In this document: in pieces, positions 32,173 through 41,843 of the stretch
Position numbering within the stretch: the stretch's first letter is position 1
Layout of the letters: every line of letters starts with the position of its first letter
Origin: a bacterium
Lineage (GTDB): Bacteria; Fidelibacterota; Marinisomatia; Marinisomatales; UBA1611
Direction of reading: 5' to 3'
Assembly: GCA_018645565.1 (NCBI GenBank)
Contig: JABGWJ010000087.1
Location: 1 to 41,843 of the forward strand
Length of the DNA: 41,843 nt
Program-made: the position numbers and the translations under genes
Notes under the pieces: generated by a model
What the model was told of the DNA's origin: nothing
The model's input: only the letters and a program-made list of their open reading frames with translations
Database searches by the model: none

Positions 32173-32541
32173 TTAAGATAGCTTATAAATATTATAGGCA
32201 AAGGTTAACCAACTTGCTATCAAAATGACTCCACCAATAGGAGTTATCATACCAAATTTTTTAAAGCCACCTAGAGAAACTAAGTACAAACTTCCCGAGA
32301 AAATAACAATCCCAACAATCATCATAATACCAGGTAAACTTATAATCTCTTCAGTTAAAATGTATCCAAGTAAGCCAAAAATTAATAAACCAAAGGAATG
32401 ATACATCATATATCTGGTTGCAATTTCAAAAATAACTAATTGATCTGAACTAAGTTTTTCTTTAAGAAAGTGAGCCCCAAATGCACCAAATAAAATAGAT
32501 ACAGCAGCAAAAATTGAACCTATTAATAAAAACAGCTTCAT
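32173..32541 (-). CDS. DUF423 (YgdD/TMEM256) membrane protein
   Basis: GAFGAH, YMMYH, FSGSLY, GMITPIGG. Confidence 0.92.
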   Translation of the reverse strand: MKLFLLIGSIFAAVSILFGAFGAHFLKEKLSSDQLVIFEIATRYMMYHSFGLLIFGLLGYILTEEIISLPGIMMIVGIVIFSGSLYLVSLGGFKKFGMITPIGGVILIASWLTFAYNIYKLS

Positions 32542-33608
32542 TTTTTTTCATTTTTGTGAATAACAGTTCTCATAGGGAACGGAATTTCGATACCCGCTTC
32601 AGCATATTTTTTATGCAAAAGTTTAATGAACCTATCTATAATCGGGTTCTGATCTCCATAACGATTTCCTCGAAAATATACCATTAAGTTTATACTTGAT
32701 TCACCAAAATTTTGAAATCGCATAGTCGGCTCATAATTTTTATTCGTTTCATCCATAGAAATTTGAATTTCTTTAATCACTTCATGAGTCACTTTTTCAA
32801 CTTCATCTAAATTTGAACTATAACCAACACCCACAGGAATTTTTACTGAAAAACTACGATCTCCGCTATCAAAATTCTTGATAATAGCAGAAGATAATCG
32901 AGTGTTGGGTATATGAATTATATTATTTGTTCTTTCCATTATCGTAGTATTGCGCCACGAAATATTTTGGACATAGCCCATATCACCAGTATCTATTTGA
33001 ACAAAGTCACCGACTTGGACTTTTTTGCTAAGCAATATATGCAAACCAGCAAAAACGTCTGTAAGAGTATCTTTTAATGCCAAAGAAACTGCAAGGCCAC
33101 CAACCCCAAGTGCAGTAATCATTGGAGCAATAGAAATGCTCAAAGCATCTAAAATAATTAGAGCGCCAATAACATAAATTGCAATCCTAACAAAATTTGT
33201 AAACATCGTTGTCGACGGAAAGCCCTTTTCTTGGTCTCTTGCCCAAGAATTAAAAAGACTAACAGCTAACTTCCCAAAAGCTAATGTTATAGAACCGATA
33301 AGCATTATTACCAAAAATTTTGATACGTAATCATTTAAAAAACTTTTTAAATATGTGTTTTCCATCGCTACGGAATCAATAGTCGAAGTCGCTATTGATA
33401 AGGCACCAAGGAAAAACCAAACAACTATATGAGGTTCGATAGCATCAAGGACTGCATCATCTCCGGTCCATGTGGATTTTTTAGCTGCTAGTTTAAGTTT
33501 TGAATGAATGTACCTTTTAAATCCAAACCCAAAAAAGATACCGCAAACTATTATAATTAAAGGCGAAGCGAATATTTCGAAATTATTATAGAACCAAATT
33601 TTATCCAT
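32538..33608 (-). CDS. mscS: Small-conductance mechanosensitive channel
   Basis: ALGVGGLAVSLALKDTL, VGDFV, IPN, FGESSI, GIEIPFP. ATG 33608 lies just after the smc stop; the ORF track uses TTG 33617. Confidence 0.92.
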   Translation of the reverse strand: MDKIWFYNNFEIFASPLIIIVCGIFFGFGFKRYIHSKLKLAAKKSTWTGDDAVLDAIEPHIVVWFFLGALSIATSTIDSVAMENTYLKSFLNDYVSKFLVIMLIGSITLAFGKLAVSLFNSWARDQEKGFPSTTMFTNFVRIAIYVIGALIILDALSISIAPMITALGVGGLAVSLALKDTLTDVFAGLHILLSKKVQVGDFVQIDTGDMGYVQNISWRNTTIMERTNNIIHIPNTRLSSAIIKNFDSGDRSFSVKIPVGVGYSSNLDEVEKVTHEVIKEIQISMDETNKNYEPTMRFQNFGESSINLMVYFRGNRYGDQNPIIDRFIKLLHKKYAEAGIEIPFPMRTVIHKNEKK

Positions 33609-33609
33609 C

Positions 33610-36600
33610 TTAATCAAAGCTTACAGAGACAAGCTTTGACACCCCCCTCTTTTCTTGCGTAACTCCATACATATGATTTGCTATTTCCATCGTAAGTTTA
33701 TTATGAGTGACAACAATGAATTGGGTTTCATCAGCAAATTGTTTTAATACTTTTGTAAATTTATGAATATTGATATCATCCAGAGGAGCATCAACTTCAT
33801 CCAAAATACAATATGGACTGGGTTTTACTTGATATATTGAAAAAAGAAGTGAAATTGCAGTTAATGCTTTTTCTCCACTCGACAGTAACCGTAATGAAGT
33901 ATTTTTTTTCCCTGGTGGCTGAGCGTCGATTACTATATCAGCTTCTAAAGGATCAGGGTCACCAACCAACCTCAGAGCGCCATACCCACCCTCGAAAAAT
34001 AGATTAAATAATTTTTCATAATTTTTACTTATAAGCTTAAAAGTTTCTTGGAATTTTTTTCTAGCGATTCTATCAATTTTTTGAATAGTCTCTCTCAAAT
34101 TTTCTTCCGATTCAACCAGGTCATCTCGCTGCTTGCGCAAATGACTTAAACGTTCTGAGTCTTCGTTGTACTCATCCTGAACTGCCATATTTACAGGTCC
34201 AATATTATCTAAACTTCTTTGGATTTTATCAACTTGGTATGATAATTCATCTTCTACATGGTCAACAATTAATTTTTTAGGTATCGAAGTGTCATAACGT
34301 TCTTTAATTTGTTCTCTGACAATTTCAATTTTTTGCTTTAACTCATTTAATTTGAATTCTGATAATTTCAAATTTTCTAAAATAGATTCTCGATCTTTTT
34401 GTTCAAGTTTAATTTTTGTTTGAATCTTATCAATACTATCATAAGTCTCTCTAAAAACAGATTGCTTTAAATCAATTATCGATTTTTGTTTTTGCAGCTC
34501 AGCATTTGTTTCAGTTAGTTTTTTTTCACCATTTTCAATATTTTGGGAATACTCTTTTTTTAATAAAATCATTTTTTTCTCTTCTTCAACGATTTTAGAT
34601 TGAGTTTTTTCAATAGTCTTGATCTGCTCTTTTGCAGAATTAGATTTATAAACTATATTATCATTTTTTGATTCAATATTGACCATTTCTATTCTAGCAT
34701 CTTGCAATATTTGTTGCTGAGAATCTCTGCTTTTTCCTTGATTCAAGACATTTTGATTAGCTTTATTTATTTTTTCTTGAAATGATGATAATAATATTTC
34801 AGCTTTTTGGATACCAGGCTCTATTTTTTTTAAAGAGAGCTGTGAATCATTTAGTACTTTTTCTGTTTCAGCCAACTCATTTTTAAAATTTCCCAAGCTT
34901 TCTAAAATTTGAGTCTGATTTAGATGATTTTTCATCAACGATGAATCTAATTGACTTAATTGACTTTCACTATTTTTTATTGATTCTTGTTTTTTATTTA
35001 ACTCAATTCTTGATAAATCTATTTTCTTTTCAATCAGTGCTTGATTTGTAATTGTTTTTTTCTCTTTGTTTTTTGAATGAGCTAATTGTTTAGAAATAAT
35101 TTCAAGTTTATTGCGTCTGCCAATTAGGTTACCGTGCTCAGAAACTTGCCTGCTTTTTATGACTAAATTTTTTCCAGAATATGTACCATTTAAATCAACC
35201 AGTCTCCAGCCATCTAATTTTTTATCATTTGCAGCATCTTTCAAATCACTCACTACAATAAGATCACCCAAAATATAATCTGCGAGGGGCGATAGTTTCT
35301 TATCGGTTTTTACCAATTGAGAAGCTAAAGCAATAACATTATCTGACTTTGGTAAAGATTTTAATTTTACTTTATAAGCTATTGCTTCTTTTAAAGGAAT
35401 AATTGTTAAGTCACCTGCGTTATCCTCAAGTGCTTTTTCTAGTGTAGATAAACCAGTCCTTTTATCTTTAGTTATTAGACAATGCGATAACTCACCTAGC
35501 CCATTTTCTAAAGCATCCCTATATTTTTCTTCGACCTGAAACATATCTGCAACAGTACCAAGCACACCTGGAAAAACTTTAGGGTTTTCAAGAATATATT
35601 GAGTGCCCTCAGGAAAACCTTCATTTGACTCAATTAGCTCCTCATAAAATCTAGCCTGATCATTTAACGATTCAATTTTTACACTTAAACTATTATTTTT
35701 TTTTATATGCTCTTGTTGTTGATCAATAAAAGTTTGAAGTTTATTCTGAATCTCAGTTAAATCTTTTTTTTCTTCCAAATAATTTTTATCAAGTTTTAGT
35801 TGTTTTTTCTCAATTGATTTAATAGTACTACTTATTTGTTTCGACTCTTTTTTTAATTCAAGTATCTTTTTACTAAAAATTGAAGCATTAAAAGTTTTAT
35901 CATTTATTAAATTTTTTGTTCGATCATACATTGACTTATTCGAGGCAATAGTTTTTTGGTGGTTCCACCTCTCATTCTGAACTTGATCGAGATATTTTAA
36001 TTCTTCGTGGTACTTTTTTTCAATCTTATCTAATTCTTCTTTTTTATTTTTATAGGAAGATAATGCAAGATCCAAATCATTTTGCAATTTTTCGCTCTGC
36101 TCAATAAAGGAATCAACCTCTCCACTCAAAATGCCCAACCTTTGGTCATTCGTTTTATAATCAGTTTTTCCTCTTTCAATGGAAAGTGAGGTGGAATTAC
36201 CTTTTTCAGTCCAAATCAGAATGTTTTGCCTTACTTCCTGGCGATTTTCCGTAAGAGTTAGGAGTTTAGCTTGCAAAGCATTCAATTCATCTTCTTGCTC
36301 TTTATATACTAGCCTATTTTTTTCTAATACTTCTTCATATTTCGAAGATTTATCTGTCTTTGAGCTTTTAAGGTAATTGTAATCTTTAATCTCTTGCTCA
36401 AGAGGAGACATAATGTTTTGGTATTTGTCAACTTTCAGAAATGCTAATTCAATATCTTTTTCTCTAAGCTGATGAGTAAGATTTTCATGACGCTTAAACC
36501 TCTTTAGCTGAAGTTCTAAACCATGAACTTTTTGTTCAACCTCAGAAATGACATCATTAATTCTTTCAAGATCAAATCTAGTAGCATCAAATTTTCTTAA

Positions 36601-37131
36601 TGTTGATTTTCTTTGCTTTCTATATTTATTTATCCCTGATGCCTCTTCAAACATTCGTCTTCTATCATCACCATTTTCAGAGAGTATTTGTTCAATCATT
36701 TTTAATTCTATTACGCTGTAAGCATCAGAACCCATACCTGTATCAATGAAAAGATCGTTAATATCTTTAAGTCTACATGGCGTTTTATTAATAGTGTATT
36801 CACTCTCACCATTTCGATATACTCTTCTTCCAATTTCTATGTCATTATATTCAATTGGAAGCTTTCCTTTATTATTGTGCACTGTAAGTGTGACATCACA
36901 GACGCTTAAAGGTTTCATGTTTTCTGCGCCATTAAAAATAACATCTTCCATTTTACCTCCACGTAAAACTGAAGATTTTTGCTCTCCTAAGACCCATCGT
37001 ATTGCATCAACTATATTTGTTTTACCGCACCCGTTAGGCCCGACGACTGTGGTCACGCCTTGACTTAGCTTTAAAACTTCTTTTTTTGCAAAGGACTTAA
37101 AGCCGTGCATTTTTAATTCTGAGATATACAC
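33610..37131 (-). CDS. smc: Chromosome segregation protein SMC
   Basis: GFKSF, GPNGCGKTN, long coiled coils, hinge GVLGTVADM, LSSGE, LDEVDAPLD, VTHN. GTG start. Confidence 0.97.
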   Translation of the reverse strand: MYISELKMHGFKSFAKKEVLKLSQGVTTVVGPNGCGKTNIVDAIRWVLGEQKSSVLRGGKMEDVIFNGAENMKPLSVCDVTLTVHNNKGKLPIEYNDIEIGRRVYRNGESEYTINKTPCRLKDINDLFIDTGMGSDAYSVIELKMIEQILSENGDDRRRMFEEASGINKYRKQRKSTLRKFDATRFDLERINDVISEVEQKVHGLELQLKRFKRHENLTHQLREKDIELAFLKVDKYQNIMSPLEQEIKDYNYLKSSKTDKSSKYEEVLEKNRLVYKEQEDELNALQAKLLTLTENRQEVRQNILIWTEKGNSTSLSIERGKTDYKTNDQRLGILSGEVDSFIEQSEKLQNDLDLALSSYKNKKEELDKIEKKYHEELKYLDQVQNERWNHQKTIASNKSMYDRTKNLINDKTFNASIFSKKILELKKESKQISSTIKSIEKKQLKLDKNYLEEKKDLTEIQNKLQTFIDQQQEHIKKNNSLSVKIESLNDQARFYEELIESNEGFPEGTQYILENPKVFPGVLGTVADMFQVEEKYRDALENGLGELSHCLITKDKRTGLSTLEKALEDNAGDLTIIPLKEAIAYKVKLKSLPKSDNVIALASQLVKTDKKLSPLADYILGDLIVVSDLKDAANDKKLDGWRLVDLNGTYSGKNLVIKSRQVSEHGNLIGRRNKLEIISKQLAHSKNKEKKTITNQALIEKKIDLSRIELNKKQESIKNSESQLSQLDSSLMKNHLNQTQILESLGNFKNELAETEKVLNDSQLSLKKIEPGIQKAEILLSSFQEKINKANQNVLNQGKSRDSQQQILQDARIEMVNIESKNDNIVYKSNSAKEQIKTIEKTQSKIVEEEKKMILLKKEYSQNIENGEKKLTETNAELQKQKSIIDLKQSVFRETYDSIDKIQTKIKLEQKDRESILENLKLSEFKLNELKQKIEIVREQIKERYDTSIPKKLIVDHVEDELSYQVDKIQRSLDNIGPVNMAVQDEYNEDSERLSHLRKQRDDLVESEENLRETIQKIDRIARKKFQETFKLISKNYEKLFNLFFEGGYGALRLVGDPDPLEADIVIDAQPPGKKNTSLRLLSSGEKALTAISLLFSIYQVKPSPYCILDEVDAPLDDINIHKFTKVLKQFADETQFIVVTHNKLTMEIANHMYGVTQEKRGVSKLVSVSFD

Positions 37132-37210
37132 TATATACGCCTATTAGATGGTCTATAAATCTAGCAATTTTACTAGATATTTACACGAAGAGAATAAAAT
37201 GAAATAAAAA

Positions 37211-37810
37211 TTACTTGTTCTGCAAAAACCGATTAAATGATATATGAATCAGTAAACCACTATAATCTTTTTTCTGGTCGGCTTCTTTTTTCAGTTTAAT
37301 TATATCTGATCCTATATGCAAAGCGACAGAACTCTGATTGTACCATCTGAATTCAACTCCTCCCCCAAAGAAACCAATAGGAGACCACTGCGTTTCTGCT
37401 TTTTGCCATATCTTTTTGTAACTACCGTCGCCTTCTCTCCCGTCAATAGAAAGGTTTAGCCCTCCTCTAATAGTAACAAAAGGAGAAAAGTTATTTGCAA
37501 TTTCTCCTGCAAAAGGATGATAGTTAAAGCCAACTAAAACCGGTATAAATAATAAATTTTGCCCGCTAATCGTTATGTATTGATTGGTCCAATTGTCATA
37601 TACTATGCTTTCTGTTTCTCCTTTTATGTCGAAGTATCTAACCTCACCAATAAAATCAAAATTCTTTTTATTATTACCGTGCAAATAATTAAAAAAAATT
37701 CCTGAGCCTCTTGATCCAACATCTAATCCAGCACCATATCTTGTATTTAAGCCACCAATAAGGTTTGTATTAATGAAGAGAATAGATATTGTTATAAGTT
37801 TAAAAATCAT
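37211..37810 (-). CDS. Hypothetical secreted protein, likely a small outer-membrane beta-barrel
   Basis: Signal-like N-terminus and Gly/aromatic-rich alternating strands (PVLVGFNYHPF, PFVTIRGG, GGGVEF). Confidence 0.65.
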   Translation of the reverse strand: MIFKLITISILFINTNLIGGLNTRYGAGLDVGSRGSGIFFNYLHGNNKKNFDFIGEVRYFDIKGETESIVYDNWTNQYITISGQNLLFIPVLVGFNYHPFAGEIANNFSPFVTIRGGLNLSIDGREGDGSYKKIWQKAETQWSPIGFFGGGVEFRWYNQSSVALHIGSDIIKLKKEADQKKDYSGLLIHISFNRFLQNK

Positions 37811-38140
37811 TTATTTAGTACTTAATTGATCTTTGGATGCTATTAATTCTTTTACTGGTTTATCTTGAAGAACAGATTCATTAAATATTGTACGAATATT
37901 TTTTTTATTAACATCCAGATACCAAAAACCACTAGGATATATTACCATTGCTGGGCCTTGTTCACAGACATCTAAACACCCAGATTTATTGGCTCTTACT
38001 TTTCCTTTTAGACCTGAGTCATTAATCAATCTAACTAGATCTTTTCGCAAATCTGGACCGCCACAGGAACCACAACTTTTTCTTAAACTATTTTCATCGC
38101 GTTCATTTGTACAAATGAAGATATGTTTTTCAAATTTCAT
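37811..38140 (-). CDS. Thioredoxin-like [2Fe-2S] ferredoxin
   Basis: HIFIC10..C23..SGC55LDVC59EQGP..VIYP..WY. Confidence 0.92.
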   Translation of the reverse strand: MKFEKHIFICTNERDENSLRKSCGSCGGPDLRKDLVRLINDSGLKGKVRANKSGCLDVCEQGPAMVIYPSGFWYLDVNKKNIRTIFNESVLQDKPVKELIASKDQLSTK

Positions 38141-38307
38141 ATATCTTCATATTCAGCATCTTGGATATCCATTTTGCTAACCTTCCGTTTGAAGTCTGCT
38201 TTAGTTACTTCGTCCTTTATTTTTGATTTTACCTTGAATAAGGATAACACAAAAAAACTAATTTTATATAGCGAATATCCAAGGAATATTAATAAGATTA
38301 GTTTCAT
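38137..38307 (-). CDS. 56-aa small membrane protein (not in the ORF track)
   Basis: MKLILLIFLGYSLYKISFFVLSLFKVKSKIKDEVTKADFKRKVSKMDIQDAEYEDI. Starts 4 nt after the kinase stop and ends in an ATGA overlap with the ferredoxin. Confidence 0.8.
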   Translation of the reverse strand: MKLILLIFLGYSLYKISFFVLSLFKVKSKIKDEVTKADFKRKVSKMDIQDAEYEDI

Positions 38308-38311
38308 TCAT

Positions 38312-38953
38312 TTAGAATTCTGTTACTGGATTGAAAAATTTAGTTCCAGATACTGGCTGTCTTATATAATCAATAACTTCTTTTAAATCATTTTCATTTT
38401 CAACAAAATCTATATTGTTCGTATTTATTATAACAAGGGGCGTATCCTGATAACGAAAAAAATATTCTGTATATACTTGGTTTAATGCATCTATGTATTC
38501 CCAGGTAACATTTCTTTCCATATTACGACCTCGCTTTTCAATATTCTTCATTAAAACATCCGTGTCTGCTTGAAGATAAATGACAATATCAGGCTTAATA
38601 ATATTTCTTTCAAGAAGACTTGCAACTGTGTCATATAGCTGCATTTCTTTATCTCCTAAATTTAAAGAAGCAAACAAACGATCTTTAACAAACATATAAT
38701 CTGTAATTAATAATTTTTGAAACATATCAACTTGTCTCAAATCTTGTTGTTGACGATACCTTTGTAAAAGAAAAAACAATTGAGTTTGGAAACCAAACCT
38801 TTCAGGATCATTGTAAAAGTCTGGAAGAAAAGGGTTGTCTTCAAAATCTTCAAGAACGAGTCTAGCTCCTAATTCTTTAGATAATAGCTGAGCCAAGCTT
38901 GTTTTACCGACGCCAATTGGGCCTTCAATTGCTATATAATATAAATTTCTCAT
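38312..38953 (-). CDS. Deoxynucleoside kinase (dNK family)
   Basis: IAIEGPIGVGKTS, NPFLPDFY, QLFFLLQR, RGRNME. Confidence 0.93.
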   Translation of the reverse strand: MRNLYYIAIEGPIGVGKTSLAQLLSKELGARLVLEDFEDNPFLPDFYNDPERFGFQTQLFFLLQRYRQQQDLRQVDMFQKLLITDYMFVKDRLFASLNLGDKEMQLYDTVASLLERNIIKPDIVIYLQADTDVLMKNIEKRGRNMERNVTWEYIDALNQVYTEYFFRYQDTPLVIINTNNIDFVENENDLKEVIDYIRQPVSGTKFFNPVTEF

Positions 38954-39462
38954 GCTTTATTTCCCAATTCATACATTTTAACGAGTGATGTATCCGAACA
39001 TCTTACAAGAAGCTCATTAACTGTCAAATTAACGTATGGTATTTTAAAATCAGGAGCAATCTCATCAAATGGAATTAATACAAATTTTCTATTAATTAAA
39101 CCTGGATGTGGTATAGCTAATTCCTTTGTTTCTATAACCGATGAACCATGAACTAATATATCTATATCAATTGTTCGTGGCATGTTACGTTTCAACGTTT
39201 TTCGTCTACCTAACATATGTTCAATACTTTTAATGAAATCTAATAATTGAAACGGATTTAGATCTGAATCAAGTCCTACCACCGTATTAATAAAATATTC
39301 TTGATTTAGATTATATAACGGTTCTGTTAAATAAAAGGAGGCGCTACTTAAGTTATAATTCTCCCTTGGCACCTCAATAGCTGAAATTGCTTGGGCAATA
39401 TTAGATTCCCTATCTCCAATATTTGAACCAATAGATAAATATACTTTATTTCCAACTTTCAT
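38950..39462 (-). CDS. folK: 2-amino-4-hydroxy-6-hydroxymethyldihydropteridine diphosphokinase
   Basis: YLSIGSNIGDR, PRTIDIDIL, PHP..RKFVLIP. Confidence 0.95.
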   Translation of the reverse strand: MKVGNKVYLSIGSNIGDRESNIAQAISAIEVPRENYNLSSASFYLTEPLYNLNQEYFINTVVGLDSDLNPFQLLDFIKSIEHMLGRRKTLKRNMPRTIDIDILVHGSSVIETKELAIPHPGLINRKFVLIPFDEIAPDFKIPYVNLTVNELLVRCSDTSLVKMYELGNKA

Positions 39463-39815
39463 TTAACTCTCTGTAACTCCACCTCAACATTTTTAAAATC
39501 AGCTTCTATGGGAGCATGAGGTTTCCTCACACGTATAACGATTTTATCTATATCAAACTCTGCCAACAACCTATTGCAAACAGAATTAGCGACAGCTTCT
39601 ACTAATGAAAAACGTTTCTTAGTGAACTCCTCGATTGTGCAAGAAATAATTTCTTGATAATCAACAGTGTCACTCAACTCATCAGTATCCCCAGATTTTT
39701 CTAAGTTACAATATAAAACTAAATCTATTTCAAAAGTACCATCCTTAGATTTTTCAAAATCATAAACTCCATGCCTAGCTATGATTTTTAAGTTATTAAT
39801 TCTTATTGTATCCAT
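39459..39815 (-). CDS. folB: Dihydroneopterin aldolase
   Basis: HGVYDFEK, DELSDTVDY, LVEAVA, VRKPHAPI. Confidence 0.95.
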   Translation of the reverse strand: MDTIRINNLKIIARHGVYDFEKSKDGTFEIDLVLYCNLEKSGDTDELSDTVDYQEIISCTIEEFTKKRFSLVEAVANSVCNRLLAEFDIDKIVIRVRKPHAPIEADFKNVEVELQRVK

Positions 39816-39821
39816 TATACC

Positions 39822-41774
39822 TTATTTGAGATAAATAACCTTCTGGGTGTTAACGTAATTATCCGTGGATAACTGAATTAAATAAACACCTGCAGGTTTT
39901 CCTTTTGCATTCCAAGATTCTTTATGAAAACCAGATTGAAACATCTTTTTGGTTAGAGACTCTACTAGACCACCATTGATATTAAAAACATTAATGCTAA
40001 TATTTTGATTACCTAGCACTGGATGAACATAAAAACTCAGTTTTAAGTTTGAATTAAATGGATTTGGATATGCAAGTTGAACATTTACATTCTCAGGCAA
40101 GAGATTATCAATCCCATTCGTAGTATACGACACTTCTTTTAATATCCAGTTGTTTGGGTCTAAGGTCACGTTTTCTACAATGAAATTGAGTCCAGAAATT
40201 TCATACAAATGGTTCAGACTATTATTTTCAACAACTATAATTGTATCAATTAATAAAGGTCCAATACTTCCAGAAAAATTAAGGTCTATTGGCATAGAAA
40301 AAAGCCCGCCTGATTGAATTTGGTCAATTTTTACTTTATAAGTTGCATTGCCATCATGCCACCAAGACATTTCATACTTAGGATATCCTTCTTCATATAT
40401 CCATTGTTGAAAAAACAATTCTAAATTTTGATCTGAAATATCTTCACTGATTTTTTGAAAATCAGCCGTTGAAGCTGCATTATAGGCAAGTGTATCATTA
40501 GACGCATAACTTTTTAAAATTTCAAAAAATGTATCATCCCCCACTTTTCGCCTCAACATATGTAGTACCCATGAGGCTTTATTATAAGATAAGTTAGAAT
40601 TAAATATCTGAGAATTTGAAGATGGGTTTTCAACATATATTGTTCCATCGCCATAATAGGCATAGTCATTCATAAAACTAAAATATGCTTCTTTACCATT
40701 TATATGTTCGACCCAAAGTGCTTGACAATATCTTGCAAAGCCTTCATTAAGCCAAATATCATTAAACGTTTTACAAGTAATAAGATTTCCCCACCAACTG
40801 TGCCCCAGCTCATGGACTATAAGATTCTGAGATGAAGAACCCATACTTGAAAGAGTTTGATGCTCCATTCCGCCACCCCATTTAAAATCTGCATGCCCAT
40901 ATTTTTCTGATATAAATGGATATTCACCAAACAAGCCCGAGAAAAAACTAATCATTTCGCCTGTTAATGAATAATTAGAGAATGAAGACTCGTACCTGTC
41001 AGGAAAAACATAATGTTCTATTGCCATAGTATCATTCGAAATAGAAGAAATATATTGTTCGCTCCAAATTGTGTATGGATAAATTGCTAAGGATACAAGA
41101 TACGTAGTAATGGGATATTTCTCTTTCCAAAAAAATGTATTTTTATCCCCATCATTCGTTATACTATCAAGCAAGCCATTTGAAGCAACAATAAAATTTG
41201 GATTTGCAGGAACTGTAACTCTAACATATACAGAATCGGCTTTATCACTAGGGTCATCCTTACTAGGCCACCAGCTTCTTGCACAATAAGCCTCTGATAA
41301 TGTCCAAACGTGATCGACACCTAAGTGCTCGTCAAATTTAAAACCACCCGCCCCGCAGTCTTGAGGTGTACCTTGATATTTGATAAGTATTGAAAAATAA
41401 TTATCGCCTTGAATAATGATATTATTAATCGGGATTTTTATCTTATTCTGCTCATGCAAAAAAGACACTTGCCCATTATTTTGCAAAATCGAATTAACTT
41501 CCATATTGTTGTAAAAATCTAATTCGATATATTCAGGAAGATTATTATCTATAAAGCCATTTACACCTACGGAACCATTAATAGTATTTGATTCAAAATT
41601 TATATCTATTGAAATATCGTAAAATGATATATCAATTTTACTTTGGTTCAGGGATAATGTTGAGCTGTTAGATATCCACCGCTCTACAGACTTACCACGA
41701 GAGCATAGATGTTTTGGCTCTTTTTCAGCACTGCATAGAGATAGCAGAAAAAGAAGAAAAGTTATTGGTTTCAT
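39822..41774 (-). CDS. Secreted M1 family aminopeptidase with a T9SS/Por-type C-terminal domain
   Basis: Signal peptide, GGMEH, HELGH-x-NEGFA zinc motif, YNKASWVLHMLR, and a tail AYPNPFN...GVYLIQL...KVIYLK. Confidence 0.92.
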   Translation of the reverse strand: MKPITFLLFLLSLCSAEKEPKHLCSRGKSVERWISNSSTLSLNQSKIDISFYDISIDINFESNTINGSVGVNGFIDNNLPEYIELDFYNNMEVNSILQNNGQVSFLHEQNKIKIPINNIIIQGDNYFSILIKYQGTPQDCGAGGFKFDEHLGVDHVWTLSEAYCARSWWPSKDDPSDKADSVYVRVTVPANPNFIVASNGLLDSITNDGDKNTFFWKEKYPITTYLVSLAIYPYTIWSEQYISSISNDTMAIEHYVFPDRYESSFSNYSLTGEMISFFSGLFGEYPFISEKYGHADFKWGGGMEHQTLSSMGSSSQNLIVHELGHSWWGNLITCKTFNDIWLNEGFARYCQALWVEHINGKEAYFSFMNDYAYYGDGTIYVENPSSNSQIFNSNLSYNKASWVLHMLRRKVGDDTFFEILKSYASNDTLAYNAASTADFQKISEDISDQNLELFFQQWIYEEGYPKYEMSWWHDGNATYKVKIDQIQSGGLFSMPIDLNFSGSIGPLLIDTIIVVENNSLNHLYEISGLNFIVENVTLDPNNWILKEVSYTTNGIDNLLPENVNVQLAYPNPFNSNLKLSFYVHPVLGNQNISINVFNINGGLVESLTKKMFQSGFHKESWNAKGKPAGVYLIQLSTDNYVNTQKVIYLK

Positions 41775-41777
41775 TTC

Positions 41778-41843
41778 TTAAAAGAAGGAACTGAAATGTT
41801 TGTAGCCCAGCCAAGGTATTATAATGAATAAAATAGTATCTCT
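41778..41843 (-). CDS. 3' end of an upstream membrane protein gene (partial)
   Basis: Open frame from the window edge, RDTILFIIIPWLGYKHFSSFF*, stopping 3 nt before the peptidase ATG. Confidence 0.45.
   Translation of the reverse strand, partial: RDTILFIIIPWLGYKHFSSFF

Noticed and set aside
33610-37131. SMC as a Wadjet/MksBEF or SbcC defence or repair component
   Set aside because: It is a canonical hinge-containing SMC with no jet, mks or sbcD neighbours.
38123-38386. Plus-strand 87-aa ORF
   Set aside because: It overlaps both flanking genes. The minus-strand 56-aa ORF fits the operon exactly.

Overview
An AT-rich, densely packed bacterial chromosome segment made up mostly of housekeeping genes: 36 complete CDS (32 on the minus strand), one partial CDS and the 5' part of a tRNA-Ser(GGA). 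The gene content (DUF4295-like protein, PafA-type phosphatase, NamZ-like protein, a peptidase with a YPNPFN C-terminal sorting-type domain) and the tight packing suggest a streamlined FCB-group bacterium, possibly Marinimicrobia/Marinisomatota. That taxonomy is an inference. Recognisable genes are tyrS, smpB, pepA, acs, trhO, alr, polA, groES-groEL, dut, mscS, smc and folB-folK plus a deoxynucleoside kinase. I saw no mobile element, prophage, CRISPR array or defence island. The best leads are: (1) a GTDC1/QTMAN-like (DUF3524) glycosyltransferase divergent from smpB-tyrS, a candidate for bacterial tRNA queuosine glycosylation; (2) a coupled four-gene operon (Na+ symporter, divergent NamZ with an apparent ATA start, unknown secreted protein, MFS); (3) an NTT-HEAT-cNMP fusion with an internal SD and ATG; (4) a dUTPase resembling the Plasmodium enzyme; (5) a stand-alone bL38-like protein; (6) an ABC ATPase with several degenerate motifs; (7) a 56-aa membrane protein missed by the ORF track. 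All family assignments come from motif recognition by eye, not from database searches.
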